Shown here: piece by piece, positions 30,101 through 41,365 of the stretch
Layout of the letters: each line of letters begins with the position of its first letter
Numbering within the stretch: the stretch's first letter is position 1
Assembly: GCA_964057225.1 (NCBI GenBank)
Contig: OZ059897.1
Location: 9,176,001 to 9,240,000 of the forward strand
DNA from: Auanema rhodensis
Lineage: Eukaryota; Animalia; Nematoda
DNA: 64,000 nt
Direction: 5' to 3'
Program-made: the position numbers and the translations under genes
The notes under the pieces: model-generated
Told to the model about the DNA's origin: nothing
The model's database searches: none
The model's input: only the letters and a program-made list of their open reading frames with translations

Positions 30101-33100
30101 TCCAGGTCATATCTTGCATCATCGTGTACATTCAACAGACGATTATAAAATTGGTAAGTTGTCAGGACATACATATACCGACTGAGAGAAATAACAATTC
30201 AGATGATAAAATAATATATTTCATGTTTTATAAGTTTTGAATTTGAAGAAAAACTTTTTTATTTTGATTTCAAAGGAAAAGCCAATTGTTCTCAAGTTGA
30301 CATATTAAGCATGAGAAATATAAAGAATTAGCTAGTTGATATTATATGAATATATTCAACAATTTTGATAAAATAACAAGAGAGTATGTTATAAATAGAA
30401 AATGAAATATTAGAAAAAGACTTGCATATCTGTAAAAACTTGAACATTCCTTAGAAAATTTGTTGTAAACACCAGCTACAAACTGTTGTTTGGTGAGCAA
30501 ATGATATGCAAGATGTGGGATGAAAAGTAAAATATAAACGAATATATCACTGGGATGTATAGAATATCAATAAAAAATTAAATAATAAAGCTTTGATATC
30601 TCCTCATTAGGACAATCAGATCTATAGTTGTCTTATAGATGGTGTATAGTAATATAGTAATCGTTGACAGTAGTATGATTTTGTTGTTATGAACTTTTAA
30701 TTGCTCCATCTGATGATGAACGTCGGAGATTCTGCGCATTAGGTGAGAGAATGAAAGGATAGGATACTTTGTTGAGGTGGCGAGAATTCATAAAAAGGAT
30801 GGAGACGATGACTGTGACGACGACAACGACCAACGACGTCGAAGAAGAAGAAGAAGATGAATAAGAAGAATGAGAAGAAGAACAAGAAGAAGAAGATGGT
30901 AATGAAGAAGAAGAAAGGCTGGGCAGAGACTCAGGCCGAAGGGGCAGCCAGCCGACGGAGGTCATCGGAAACCTATGTCAACAATACATAGAAGGAGACG
31001 ACATGTCACAGTCAACTGTCTCAGACTGTCCATAGAATGAGAGTCAATCAACTGGACCGAAAGATGAAGCCGACTTAACTAGTCATCACAATATTTGACA
31101 TATCATTGAGAGCAAGCTGAGAATTTTCTCGGCTTTTTAGGGGGAAAAGAAGATATTCAAAGCATTGTTGAGAACATAATGTGCTAAATAAATATATTTT
31201 ACTACTTCTATGTTAGAGCATGTAGCTTAAGTAAATGAGAAATTTAGAAATTATATGCCAAAGAACGATATGTAAAGAAGCAAATCAACTATGTATATCT
31301 GCTTTTCATTTGAAAACATTTTTTTAACTTTTTTAACAGGGAAAAGAGAGCAAATTGTATTTTGTGGGTGAAGCTCCGAAAGAAAACCCAAAGTGTTATG
31401 ATCTCGTTGAACTTAAAAACTTGGAAAGAGCAAGAAAGATAGTAAACGAATTGAATAAAGCACTCAAGGCAGTTAGTTCGATTTGAAACTACCTTTGTTT
31501 GAGATTTGAAACGAAATATGAAGATTCATCTGATATTTGAAGAAAATCAATGGATCACATAGGTTTGAAGAAAAGAACAAAACATTGGAATGTTGGAAAG
31601 CAATGTTCATCGTAAATACATATACTCCAGGAGTGTTCGGATAAGAAATTAATGATTAAGAAAGGAGAAATATAATCTTTTAGTCTATTTCATACAAAGA
31701 AAAATAATAATAAAATCGAAATGGATGATGATTGATCCTTGAAGACTTGATGAAACGATGGCAATCATTGGTTTTGATGGTATATATTGCCTGGCTTTCA
31801 GTCATTTCAGGACAGGAACCCGAAAATATCTGAGGGTGAAGGTTGGACCTGGCACGACCAGTTCATGAATGACTATATAAATTCATTTACAGATAATAGC
31901 CTGAAGAATATGGTTCGGACACCTAACGGGCAGGTTTAATTGTCAAACAAAAAAACGAGTAAAATGGATGAGAATTAAGAAGAAGAAGAAGTCGGTAAGA
32001 AGAGAAAATGGAATCGTAAACGTTTGGCAAAACATAATTTGAGAGTGTTAAGCGATATTTTGAAGAATGAGAATGCAATGATTAAATAGAAAATGTTGTC
32101 TTTTTATTAGAATTAAACCAAGATTGATTGTAGGGAAGTTCAATATATTTTTGGATTTGAAAATGCTAAAAACTTTCCAGAAAAATAGGAAACGTTTGGA
32201 GGTTTAATAGGATAAGAAAAGGACAAACAAATGTACAAACATACTATATTTGCAAGTGAAAATGCCGAAATGTTGAAGAAAAAACAACTGAAAATGGCAA
32301 AAGTTCCGGAAAAAGTGTGAGAAAAGATAAAAACGACAAAAGAAAGGTGAGTAAAGGAGTATAGTTAGTATAGTTATTATTACTCGCGATAGAAGAATAA
32401 AAAATGTCTGAAAGGAGATTTTTCCATAAAGTTATTGCAAACTTGAAGAATTGTAATGAAATAATTCAGAATTTGCAGTGAACTATAACAGATAATGAAA
32501 GATGTTCATGGTCATATCAAACTATATTGAAAAGGAATGCGATAAAGGCTATGAAATATCTTCCTCGGGGGGATATTTATCCTAATATAGTAAGTTGGAT
32601 TAGACACAGGAGATGATACAAGAATGCCCTAAGAAGTTTCGAATAGCGTTCCACAGCAGTATGAAGAAGGATAACCATATATGATTGGGAAGAGAGAATA
32701 ATGTGAATATGAATGATGATACATATACATACGAATTGAGGAGAGAACAGATATGAAGAGTAGAAAAGCGAACACCTTCAAGCGGATTGACCAGAGAGTC
32801 ACAGACAGCTAGAGAATGAATAGACAACGTGAGATCGCATTGTTTACCTGGTCAACTATGTGGTTGAGAGATTGTACCATCTATGGAGGGATGAACTGAA
32901 CTGGAGACAACAACAGTCAGTCTTGACTGAAACATCGTTCTCTACCAGCCAACAGCCATTAACTCTCAACATCAGCAAAACAAGGAATAAGACTAATGAT
33001 GAAGAAAAGAAGAGAAAATAAGATATGAACTGTTTCTAAGAAAAATAAAAAGAACGAGAAGATGTTAGGGGATGAAAGAGGTTAGAGGAGAGGTTGGGGG

Positions 33101-35815
33101 GAGTTTGGCTACTATGAGAGTTAAAGAGAAAAATGATGAGCATATATTAGTCGAAGATGAGATCATATGAAATAACGAAAAAATTCAGAATATATTGAAA
33201 AATCAAAGAGAATTTCTTCTTAAAATCATAATGAGTTCATGGAAGAATATCTTGATATGTAGATATGAGAATAAGAATCGTCGGAAACTACATAGGAGGA
33301 TGATAAGAGAAGATGTGATTTTAGGAAAAACGAGTTATTTTCCTTAAAGTTTTAACTATATCATAGATGTTGTTGCTTTTCTATTATCTAACAATGATAT
33401 TGTTTCAAAAACAAAGAGGCTTGGCATCTGAAACATGTAAATTTGTATCTTAGTCTGCTAAGATATACGATGTCTTTCTAGCCATCAGTTTTAAGAGAAA
33501 CAAATAAAATTATTTGAAAACTTGAAAAAAAAAAGATTTTGTTTATATTCCCATGTCACATGAAACAACTTGTGTCAACTTTTTTACCTCCTGAGCAGCA
33601 TGAGCATTTCTCTGTTTTCATAGCTAAAATGAAATGAGACTCCTGGAAGAGTTTGTAATGATGCAACACTTCATCAGTTGGAAAACAAAGTAGAATGAGG
33701 ATAATGTTTCAGAACCAGGTTCAAAGTTAAGTTGCAAAAAAATAATTTAAAACATTTGCTTCATGTTTGTAAGGTTTTTTTTAAACAACAGAATAACATG
33801 AAGAATGATTTTAGTTAGAGAAAAGCAGACGGTTTGAAGATCGAGTACATAGCTGGGCAGGAATTGAACCCATAAGTAGTACTTCAGTCGATTCAGGTCA
33901 ATGTTTTTCCAGACTACCTTTCGTTATCGTCCTCGTGTCGGCATTTGAAGCTGTTATTGCATGGGAGACAAAAGTCTATGGCATCTATGATCTTCGAATA
34001 CGACGATGAGGTCAAATGTAAAAATTGAATTTTGAAGATGTAAGCTTACAGTGAATCGGAGTGAATAACATGAATAGATGAGAGATTCTCGTGTACTTTC
34101 AAATAAAATATTTGGATTCAACTCTGTTCAGCTCAAAAGTTGTTGTTGATGGAATAGATTAATATGATTTTCTATATATGTATATACACATAATAGACAA
34201 AATAGATTGAATATAGGCAGAGAAGAGAACGATGTTAGAAGATCATAAGATATCAGATAAAGGTAGTAGAATAAGGTATTGGATTGCACAAATGGAAAAC
34301 AAGAAAATAAGAGAAAAACTATGTATTTTCCTTGTTTATCTGATGCACAAGTGTCTGAATAGTAGAATAAGAAGAGTAATTTGAAGGAATGATTTCCTGA
34401 AATGTGAAAGAATGGCAGCTTATGTGTGGAAAGATCTATAACATTTGATTACATCTGCAAATCATCTGAGGCCAATAGCGCAGTTTAGTAATGTGTAATA
34501 GGATTTGATGAGAAATATATATACATATAGTCGATGTAAATGCTGAAAATATGATATCAAAAAAAGATTTTTCTCCAATTTTTGATAAAGAAAATTCTGA
34601 TTTTCTCACATTTAGCTGAGAAAAATACTCACTTACTCATTTTATTTTTCTTTTCTGATAAGAAAAAGTAAAATACATAAAGTAGATGAGATTTGAGATT
34701 GGAGTTAAGCGAAGGTGAAAGAAAGAGAAATGATGATGTGATAGGTGAACTCAATCATCATCTAGGTCAGAAAAATAGGAAAGAAGTTAATGTTGTGATG
34801 TTTCAATACATTGAACATGGCTAATGCTAGAGCCTGTAAAAGCTCGTAAGTCAGCAAAGGATAATCTTATGAAGAAAGAAGGAAGTGATTGACACATACA
34901 GAGACAGCTATACAGAAAACGAGAGAGGATAGCTAGAAGAAAATTGAGAACGATATGATGAGTGAGAGGGTATAAACGAGAAAGGGAAAAGTTGTTCAAC
35001 CGATGAGGAAATCGAGACGATTCATCTATACTCTTCTGGCCGGTTCTTACGTTTGTTCTGACCGTTTGTGTCCACCTTCACACACTGTCCGCTTCAGCTT
35101 TCTGAGCCGTTTCGTCTTGAAACTTTGCGATGCTCACTAACGTTTTTTTCTAAAATGCCTGTGTGCCCTATCCCATACAGGAACTGTTTTGATTTGAAAA
35201 TCGGCAAACGAAGAAAAAACAAAAAAAAAGAAAAGAAAGAGAAGAAGAAGAAGCTTTCAGTAATCTTCAAGCTTCTGGGGAAAGAAATCTCAAAAAAAAA
35301 TTCTGAAAATATATCATAACAAGTAACAGTTTAAAAATCGAATTTTATAAAAGTATAATTAATTAATCTAATTTTATATATAAAATGAATAAAAATAATA
35401 TAAATTTCAAAAGACTGCAAACGAAGAATTTTTAATTATGAAAAAAAAAATAATTGCAAATAATTATTCCAACTCAAAGAATTTAATTTGCATATAATTC
35501 ATCCAAAATTATAATGATTATCTGATTTAACTTCAACAAAAATAACAGTATATTGTATTTTCATTAATTTTCATTTTGGTTGTAAATTTATCCATTTTTT
35601 CTCTGTAGGTTTCCTTTTCCACGATCTTATTCTTACCTTTCTTTCTCTTTCTCCCTCTCTCTCTTTTTCAATCTTTCTATACTTCTCTCCTCTTTTCCCC
35701 TCTTATTCTTCTTTCCTGCAAATTGGAACGCGCTGACCGGCTTTTGAGTTTGCATAGTCGTCAGCGCGAATGAACAATATGAATAAGCTTCATATGTAAT
35801 CCACCCAGTGCTCAT
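4730..35815 (-). CDS. rhgf-2: N-terminal part of a PLEKHG5/Syx-type RhoGEF gene (RHGF-2-like) with very long introns; DH-PH exons not seen in the window, presumably beyond the left edge
   Basis: Phase-consistent GT-AG exons on the minus strand: 35815-35637 (MSTGW...MQTQKPVSAFQFAGKKNKRGKEERSIERLKKREREKEKE, AG|gtaag; tentative first exon), 15497-15350 (CLREHLPLSRFRRPSLPAIPQEDILEMTSTSIGHQRGRRPSLADWNDAM), 8816-8751 (NRYHSVDIDAATNQNFIYVSFP), 5041-4969 (EIDDGGQETALLVEPGVPLYEAVD), 4852-4730 (GLLRSKGMNINDMQFYVDKSNTPIPETSDTRYLIGQKVLIR). The last three form a ubiquitin-fold RBD; YVDKSNTPIP resembles the YLDQSNTPL motif I recall from PLEKHG5. The symbol is tentative because no DH domain is visible. Confidence 0.6.
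7728..7770. repeat. (CT)n microsatellite
   Basis: Pure CT dinucleotide run. Confidence 0.95.
9723..9780. repeat. (TC)n microsatellite
   Basis: Pure TC run of 58 bp. Confidence 0.95.
18832..18898. repeat. (GA)n microsatellite
   Basis: Pure GA run of about 67 bp. Confidence 0.95.
26072..26232. repeat. Compound (TAGR)n + (GA)n microsatellite
   Basis: tagataggtagg... run followed by interrupted GA runs. Confidence 0.9.
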
Positions 35816-35968
35816 TTACAACAATACATCTTCATTTTTGTATTGTCTGTAGTATAATTCAGTGACTATGGCTTTAAAACTATTGATATAAATCTTGGAA
35901 AAGCTGACACTTCGTTTATAGTCTGAATATTTCTGTTGGTAATTCTCAAATGTAACATTTGTATCTGC

Positions 35969-35971
<3 letters not shown>

Positions 35972-36048
<77 letters not shown>
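35972..36048. repeat. (AG)n microsatellite abutting the left direct repeat
   Basis: Pure AG run of about 77 bp ending where the duplicated segment begins. Confidence 0.95.
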
Positions 36049-36049
<1 letters not shown>

Positions 36050-36533
36050 GAGGATAACCATACGAAGGTAACAACAAAAGAACAAAACGTATGTCTGCGG
36101 TTCTACTATCGAAGATACCAAATTACGACGGAATCTCAAACGCAATTCCTTCTCGACAATGTTTATGATACTGAACCTTTTCTCTTCATTTTCTTCGTCT
36201 CACCATATATTCACATCCATCCTATCTGTTTTTCTCTCCACATACATACAATCACCACTTTCTGAGTTTACATGAATATCCCGAAGGTTATCTGACCTTG
36301 CAACCAGCGTAGGATTCATCTGAACGACGACGCATATTTTCCATCCACAAATTGACTACTGATCAATATCTATAGATCAGTGTTTGTTTTTTAATTTTCA
36401 TATAAGATTTAAAGATATTTATTTTGTAAGATGTTAACTTATTTTATTCATTTGCTATGTATTTTACAAATAAATTATATATAGACTGACATGTAAGCTA
36501 AATGAAAGAAGCAGTATAATACTTACTTACAAT
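36047..36533. repeat. Left copy of the ~487-bp direct repeat flanking the Maverick/protease insert
   Basis: gacgaggataaccatacg...acttacttacaat recurs at 43396-43884. The only difference I see is gatatttattttgtaag vs gatatttatatgttgtaag. Confidence 0.95.
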
Positions 36534-36535
36534 TT

Positions 36536-37000
36536 TTTGATGTTCAAATTCAACCTATTATTTGTACTGCTGACGCTCCAGTTCAATAGTTTAGATTACC
36601 GAAATTACACAAATGTAATTATCATAGACAATTATCGCCTCAATCAGAAGTAGTAAGGTATGAAGTCTTCAAACCCAACATCATTGAATACTCAAGTACG
36701 GCTAAATTGTATAAGAAATTAATTAGTGATGTAACAATGTTTACTGATTTTTCTGGATATGAACACTTACTAGAAAAGGAATTGAATCATCGTTACTTAA
36801 GTCTTGCAGAATGTAGAGAATGGAATGCAAATAAGAAGTGTGAATATAGAACACTTGTTAATTCTGGAGGTATGTCAGATTTAAAGAATCCTAGAACCTC
36901 TGGATTGTGGAGTACAAACAATAAAGTCGAAGTAGATTATTCAAATAGATTTTCGAGTTTATTCTCAGCAAAAAGATATTACAAAGAAAATCAATTTTAA
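36536..37000 (+). pseudogene. Class III (herpes gB-like) fusogen N-terminal fragment, MFUS/Tas-env-like
   Basis: One frame reads QPIICTADAPVQ*FRLPKLHKC...EVVRYEVFKPNIIEYSSTAKLYKKLISDVTMFTDFSGYEHLLEKELNHRYLSLAECREWNANKKCEYRTLV...GLWSTNNKVEVDY. This follows the P-x-x-C...WRLP...C...YRPN...FTNFxG...VSxEEC...KC...TxN pattern I recall for nematode gB-like envelope proteins. Internal TAG at 36587-36589 (probably from TGG); truncated. Confidence 0.7.
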
Positions 37001-37005
37001 TTAAC

Positions 37006-37369
37006 ATGGAGAAATTAATTGAAACTTGTGATCAATACCTCTTTCTTCATAAATCTTATATTTATTTAGAAGCATCATTGACTAAATTAGACTTTAGTGC
37101 ATTAACTGATACAGATGAAGTCTCTCTGACTAACAATAGTCCTATCTTCTTATTTGATAGAACAACTTATAGTATAGATAGTATGCAAGTTGAGAAATGT
37201 CATTGATCCTGGAAGAGCATCGCTGATGAAAGGACTTCTCACTTATAGTTCAACAATGAATAAACAAAATACTTTTGGTTGATTTTTAGAAACTAAAAAC
37301 ATCCCATTAATTCATATTTTCAGATTTGTTGAATGTTACAATCGAATAATTTATGGAAGGAAACATCTC
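37006..37369 (+). pseudogene. Maverick major capsid protein fragment
   Basis: DQYLFLHKSYIYLEASLTKLD...DEVSLTNNSPIFLFDRTTYSIDSMQVE / +1 frameshift / NVIDPGRASLMKGLLTYS...FG*FL... IPLIHIFRFVECYNRIIYGRKH. Matches Polinton MCP motifs (SYLYIEG, L-x-NN, PGxATxMKGLL, IPLxHIFGFxEDYxKIIYGxKH). Carries a frameshift, a stop and an internal deletion. Confidence 0.85.
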
Positions 37370-37524
37370 AATGCTGTAAAGTTCGATAATTGTGGGCTTG
37401 AAGGAAATTTATGTTAAACTCGATAGACCAGATGTCACAATAAAGGCAAGTTTCAATGCTTAATTTTGAGTCAAACATTATTGAAGTCAATGATAATAGA
37501 GTTAAGGTTGTTAGTGCTTAATTC

Positions 37525-37660
37525 TTAAAATTTCAAATCTTCAGCAGGAATCCAAGAATTAAACTTATCCGGATATCCATAACCTTTGTCAAAAATAGCT
37601 GTAGATTTAGTTATTCTAACAGTGTCCCGTACTTTGAATTTTTGTAAAACCAGAGGTTTT
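37525..37660 (-). pseudogene. Maverick integrase C-terminal fragment (SH3-like/chromodomain tail)
   Basis: KFKVRDTVRITKSTAIFDKGY fused by internal deletion to GYPDKFNSWIPAEDL, matching the KFKVGDxVRISK...FxKGY and GYPxxFNSWI motifs of Maverick integrases. Confidence 0.85.
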
Positions 37661-37875
37661 AGAAATGTTTGATTTTTCTTCAATGAGACCATCAAGAATA
37701 GGCGCTTTTTTAAAATACTCAAACTAACATATTGATGATCAGTCAATAAATCATAACATTTATAATAGGAACGGGGCAAATTACACATAAAACAAATTTC
37801 AGCATATCTTTTAGAATTTTTGAATATATTAAATCAGTTTTTCTCCGAAATTAATGAAATTTTTTGCTTATAGCA

Positions 37876-39165
37876 ATGCAACAACTATCTGTGAAAGGAA
37901 TATTTGAACTTACAAATACAGAAGAGAAGTCTCCTAAATTTTTAGGAGAAAAAGGAATTTTACCGAAAGAAAAAGTAAATTCATTCAAACTTCTTAATAT
38001 TAAATTTTTTATTTCCTTTTCTCTGAAGAATTGCTCTCAATTAGGTCTTCTATGTTCTTAAAAACTAATTTAAAGCGATGGAGATGTAGCTCTAAAAGAT
38101 GCCAAAAGGAAACAGGAATGTTAGAAGAAACATGGCTTCAAAATGCTAAGCTACCTTTATCTAAAATTATTCAATTTATTTACTGCTGGGCCGCTGAATA
38201 TAATTCCGTTAAAATTGCAAAAGAGCAACTAAACATCAGTTGCAAAACTTATGTTGATTGGACTAGCATGATCCAAGAAATATGTACTTTTTAAAAAAAC
38301 TCTTTAAATGTCCAGTTGAAATAGGTGGACCTAGTAAAACAGTTGAAATCGATGATAGTGTATTTTATCATCGAAAATATGATAGAGGAAGGATGCGAAA
38401 CGAAAACTGGGAATCGTTTAGCTTGCTAGGATATTCTATATGCAAATGCTGTTGCGCTTCCACGTGCACGATAATTTCAAAACATACATAGTTTAAAATT
38501 TTATCAATAATTCGAAAAATGAAATGAAATAACATTTTACCTAAAAAAAAAGATGTGCTGTGCTGAAAACATGAGGTTCATGATGGGTGGAAGAGCTAGA
38601 TTTCGTTGTAGAATTTAAAATCGATTAAATGTTTATATTTTGATGTTTAAGTATGTTTCTATACATCAGGGGGGGACACCCCGAAATTTCTTATAAAATC
38701 TAAACTTTTTCATCTTCTTATCTTATTCAGATAACTTTAATTATTCTGTTAACATTTTGAGCCAACACATTAGCATAAGGATGCACCACAGAGGAGGGTG
38801 GCAACTAATAAACAAGCGCCCATGCTTCATGTATATTATTTCTAATAGAACTGCCAAAATTCTCAACTCATGTGTGATAGCGTCTGTTGAAGCTGGTTTA
38901 ACCATTGTAAATGTTGGAAAGTGTTTTTGTATTTAAATTATTTTAACCATGCTTATACTCATATATCTGTCTAACCATAATGACAACTTTGTGAACCCCG
39001 TAAATGGAGCTTGCACAAACTGAAATGAAGGATTGTGGAGTCGAAAAAAAATTAGTAAAAACAGAAATGGCTGCCAAACTAGTAGTTCAGAATCGCACAT
39101 AGTTGACTTTGTAAATAGAAGACGATTAAAAAAGCCAATATTTTCGAACAATTTTTGAATGATAC
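37876..39165 (+). mobile_element. Merlin/IS1016 (ISXO2-like) DDE transposase relic in two pieces
   Basis: N-part 37876-38410: FLGEKGILPK...WRCSSKRCQKE...TWLQNAKLPLSKIIQFIYCWA...TYVDW...IGGPSKTVEIDDSVFYHRKYDRGR. C-part 38820-39165: CFMYIISNRTAKIL...YTHISV/NHNDNFVNPVNGACTN*NEGLWS...HIVDFVNRRR. Frameshifts and stops present; no TIR pair identified. Confidence 0.85.
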
Positions 39166-39170
39166 ACATA

Positions 39171-39864
39171 CAGTCCTGTGCAATGAAGGTTGCACATCCC
39201 TATGTTAGAGGCTCCAGAAAACCCCTTCAAACTACAAAAACAAATTTTTTTTTAATTTCAAAAATTTTGCGAGTTTATATAGTATATATTCAGTCAAAAT
39301 ATATGTTAATATAACTAAAACTGATTTCAATATTATTTTCTAAATTTATAAAGAAAAATAGTGTTTTTTGACTATTTTGAATAATTCATCTTAATATAAC
39401 AAAATTTGAGATTAGGAAAGAAGTTAATTTATTAGAAATATCTTTAAATCATTCTGAGCACAGAGCTCGATCAATAACCAAGTTTTTCCTATGGCATAGC
39501 TTCAAACAAGTAAGCTTCATCATCTGAATCTTACTGAATATCTATGAAGAGAACTTGGTTGACGTACAACCAAATTCTCCCGTTTAAAAGAAAAATTGAC
39601 GTTTAGTGTGTTCCTAACATTCTATTAAAAGATTATATCTGAAGTTTTTATGAAACTCATGAAATTCATGAAAGAAGACTTCAAGCAGTTTATGAAAATT
39701 TCGGAGACTTCAGAAAATACTTTTAAACATGATTTTTAAAACTTTAAAGATTTTTTCTGAATTCATTATCGTTTTTTAACATCCAAAATATATTTTTTCT
39801 GATTTTTTGTAGTTTGTCCGAAAAGGAGTTCTTGTGGGTGTGCAACCTTCACCGCTTAGGACCG
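39171..39864 (+). mobile_element. ~694-bp non-autonomous Tc1/mariner-type element (MITE), copy 1
   Basis: TA|CAGTCCTGTGCAATGAAGGTTGCACATCCC at the left end, degenerate right TIR GGGTGTGCAACCTTCACCGCTTAGGACCG|CA, no coding capacity. 39171-39818 is the reverse complement of 40277-40924. Confidence 0.85.
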
Positions 39865-39869
39865 CATGT

Positions 39870-40190
39870 GAATTTACTACTGATTATAATGATGTAAACG
39901 CTAAAAGCCTTGATGAGCAAACACCTTCCACGTCTTTTCTTTCGAAGTTCTGTTAAATCTTAGTACTACTGAAGCTTTCATATTAGAATAAGTCGAAAAA
40001 TGATTAATTCTTAATGATTTAAAAAAAACTTGCATATAAGAATTGTAGTATTCCTTACCATTATCATTCTGCATCTTCTGTAGTTTTCTTTTGCTCTGGG
40101 AAAACATTGAAGAAAGAGCATCTTCACCACAATTACTCTCAAGAGGTACTACCTCAGCATACTTTGAACAACAATCAATAAGTTCAAATT
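39870..40190 (-). pseudogene. Maverick rve integrase catalytic-core fragment
   Basis: IDCCSKYAEVVPLESNCG...KLQKMQNDNGKEYYN...INHFSTYSNMKASVVLRFNRTSKEKTWK corresponds to IDxFSKYAW...QxDxGKEF...KASxVERFNRTLK of Maverick integrases. The third catalytic residue reads L instead of E. Confidence 0.9.
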
Positions 40191-40223
40191 TAAAAAAATA
40201 TAAATATAAAAAAAAAAAATATA

Positions 40224-40924
40224 CAGTCCTGTGCGATGAAGGTTGCACACCCACTAGAATCCCTTATACCTTCTCAGACAAACTACAAAAAATCAGAAAA
40301 AATATATTTTGGATGTTAAAAAACGATAATGAATTCAGAAAAAATCTTTAAAGTTTTAAAAATCATGTTTAAAAGTATTTTCTGAAGTCTCCGAAATTTT
40401 CATAAACTGCTTGAAGTCTTCTTTCATGAATTTCATGAGTTTCATAAAAACTTCAGATATAATCTTTTAATAGAATGTTAGGAACACACTAAACGTCAAT
40501 TTTTCTTTTAAACGGGAGAATTTGGTTGTACGTCAACCAAGTTCTCTTCATAGATATTCAGTAAGATTCAGATGATGAAGCTTACTTGTTTGAAGCTATG
40601 CCATAGGAAAAACTTGGTTATTGATCGAGCTCTGTGCTCAGAATGATTTAAAGATATTTCTAATAAATTAACTTCTTTCCTAATCTCAAATTTTGTTATA
40701 TTAAGATGAATTATTCAAAATAGTCAAAAAACACTATTTTTCTTTATAAATTTAGAAAATAATATTGAAATCAGTTTTAGTTATATTAACATATATTTTG
40801 ACTGAATATATACTATATAAACTCGCAAAATTTTTGAAATTAAAAAAAAATTTGTTTTTGTAGTTTGAAGGGGTTTTCTGGAGCCTCTAACATAGGGATG
40901 TGCAACCTTCATTGCACAGGACTG
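40224..40924 (-). mobile_element. 701-bp Tc1/mariner-type MITE, copy 2, inserted in the Maverick integrase
   Basis: TA|CAGTCCTGTGCGATGAAGGTTGCACACCC ... GGGATGTGCAACCTTCATTGCACAGGACTG|TA: ~30-bp TIRs, TA on both sides and CAGT termini. Confidence 0.92.
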
Positions 40925-41060
40925 TATATCTAAAACCTTCATTCTCACCAACATAAGGAATCATTTCTACTAAATCAGATGGCCATTGTTCATCTATTGC
41001 ATTGACGTAGACTCTTTGGTTCGGGTAATTCTTGCGAACTGGTTTGTGTAACCTACTTTT
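40925..41060 (-). pseudogene. Maverick integrase N-terminal fragment
   Basis: LHKPVRKNYPNQRVYVNAIDEQWPSDLVEMIPYVGENEGFRY matches the LHKPVRxxF...V...IDxQWQADLVEM...NxGYRY segment and is collinear with the core across MITE copy 2. Confidence 0.9.
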
Positions 41061-41365
41061 CTCTTCCTTACTGTGGCCGAACACAATCACACATGCTCCA
41101 GTTGAACTAGGCGCACGCGACGCGACACGCAAACGCGTTTGAATTCTTCCACTACCTTTGGTTATTAGAAAAGAGACTTCATTTTATTCTGCAGTTCGCG
41201 TCGATTTCGTGATTTCCTATCCGTGATTATCATTGTTTCTTTTTCCGTAACTTTGAGTTAAAAATGCTAACAACTTTTCGTAGTTTGCCTTTTCTTCGAA
41301 TAATTTGAATATGTTAACAGGATGCACGTTGCAATTAATTCTTATTTTTCACATTTCTTTTCAGA

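Larger units (their letters stand above)
36534..41070. mobile_element. Degenerate Maverick/Polinton (virus-like DNA transposon) relic with nested insertions
   Basis: Co-located fragments of a gB-like fusogen (+), double-jelly-roll major capsid protein (+) and chromodomain-bearing rve integrase (-). No pPolB, packaging ATPase or TIRs recognised. Confidence 0.85.

Noticed and set aside
35816-36265. ER/SL-repeat ORFs (also at 7576-7884, 9586-9801, 26108-26362)
   Set aside because: They are translations of (AG)n/(CT)n microsatellites.
39171-40924. Maverick terminal inverted repeats
   Set aside because: The arms lie inside the integrase, have TA/CAGT Tc1-like ends and each carries its own short TIRs.
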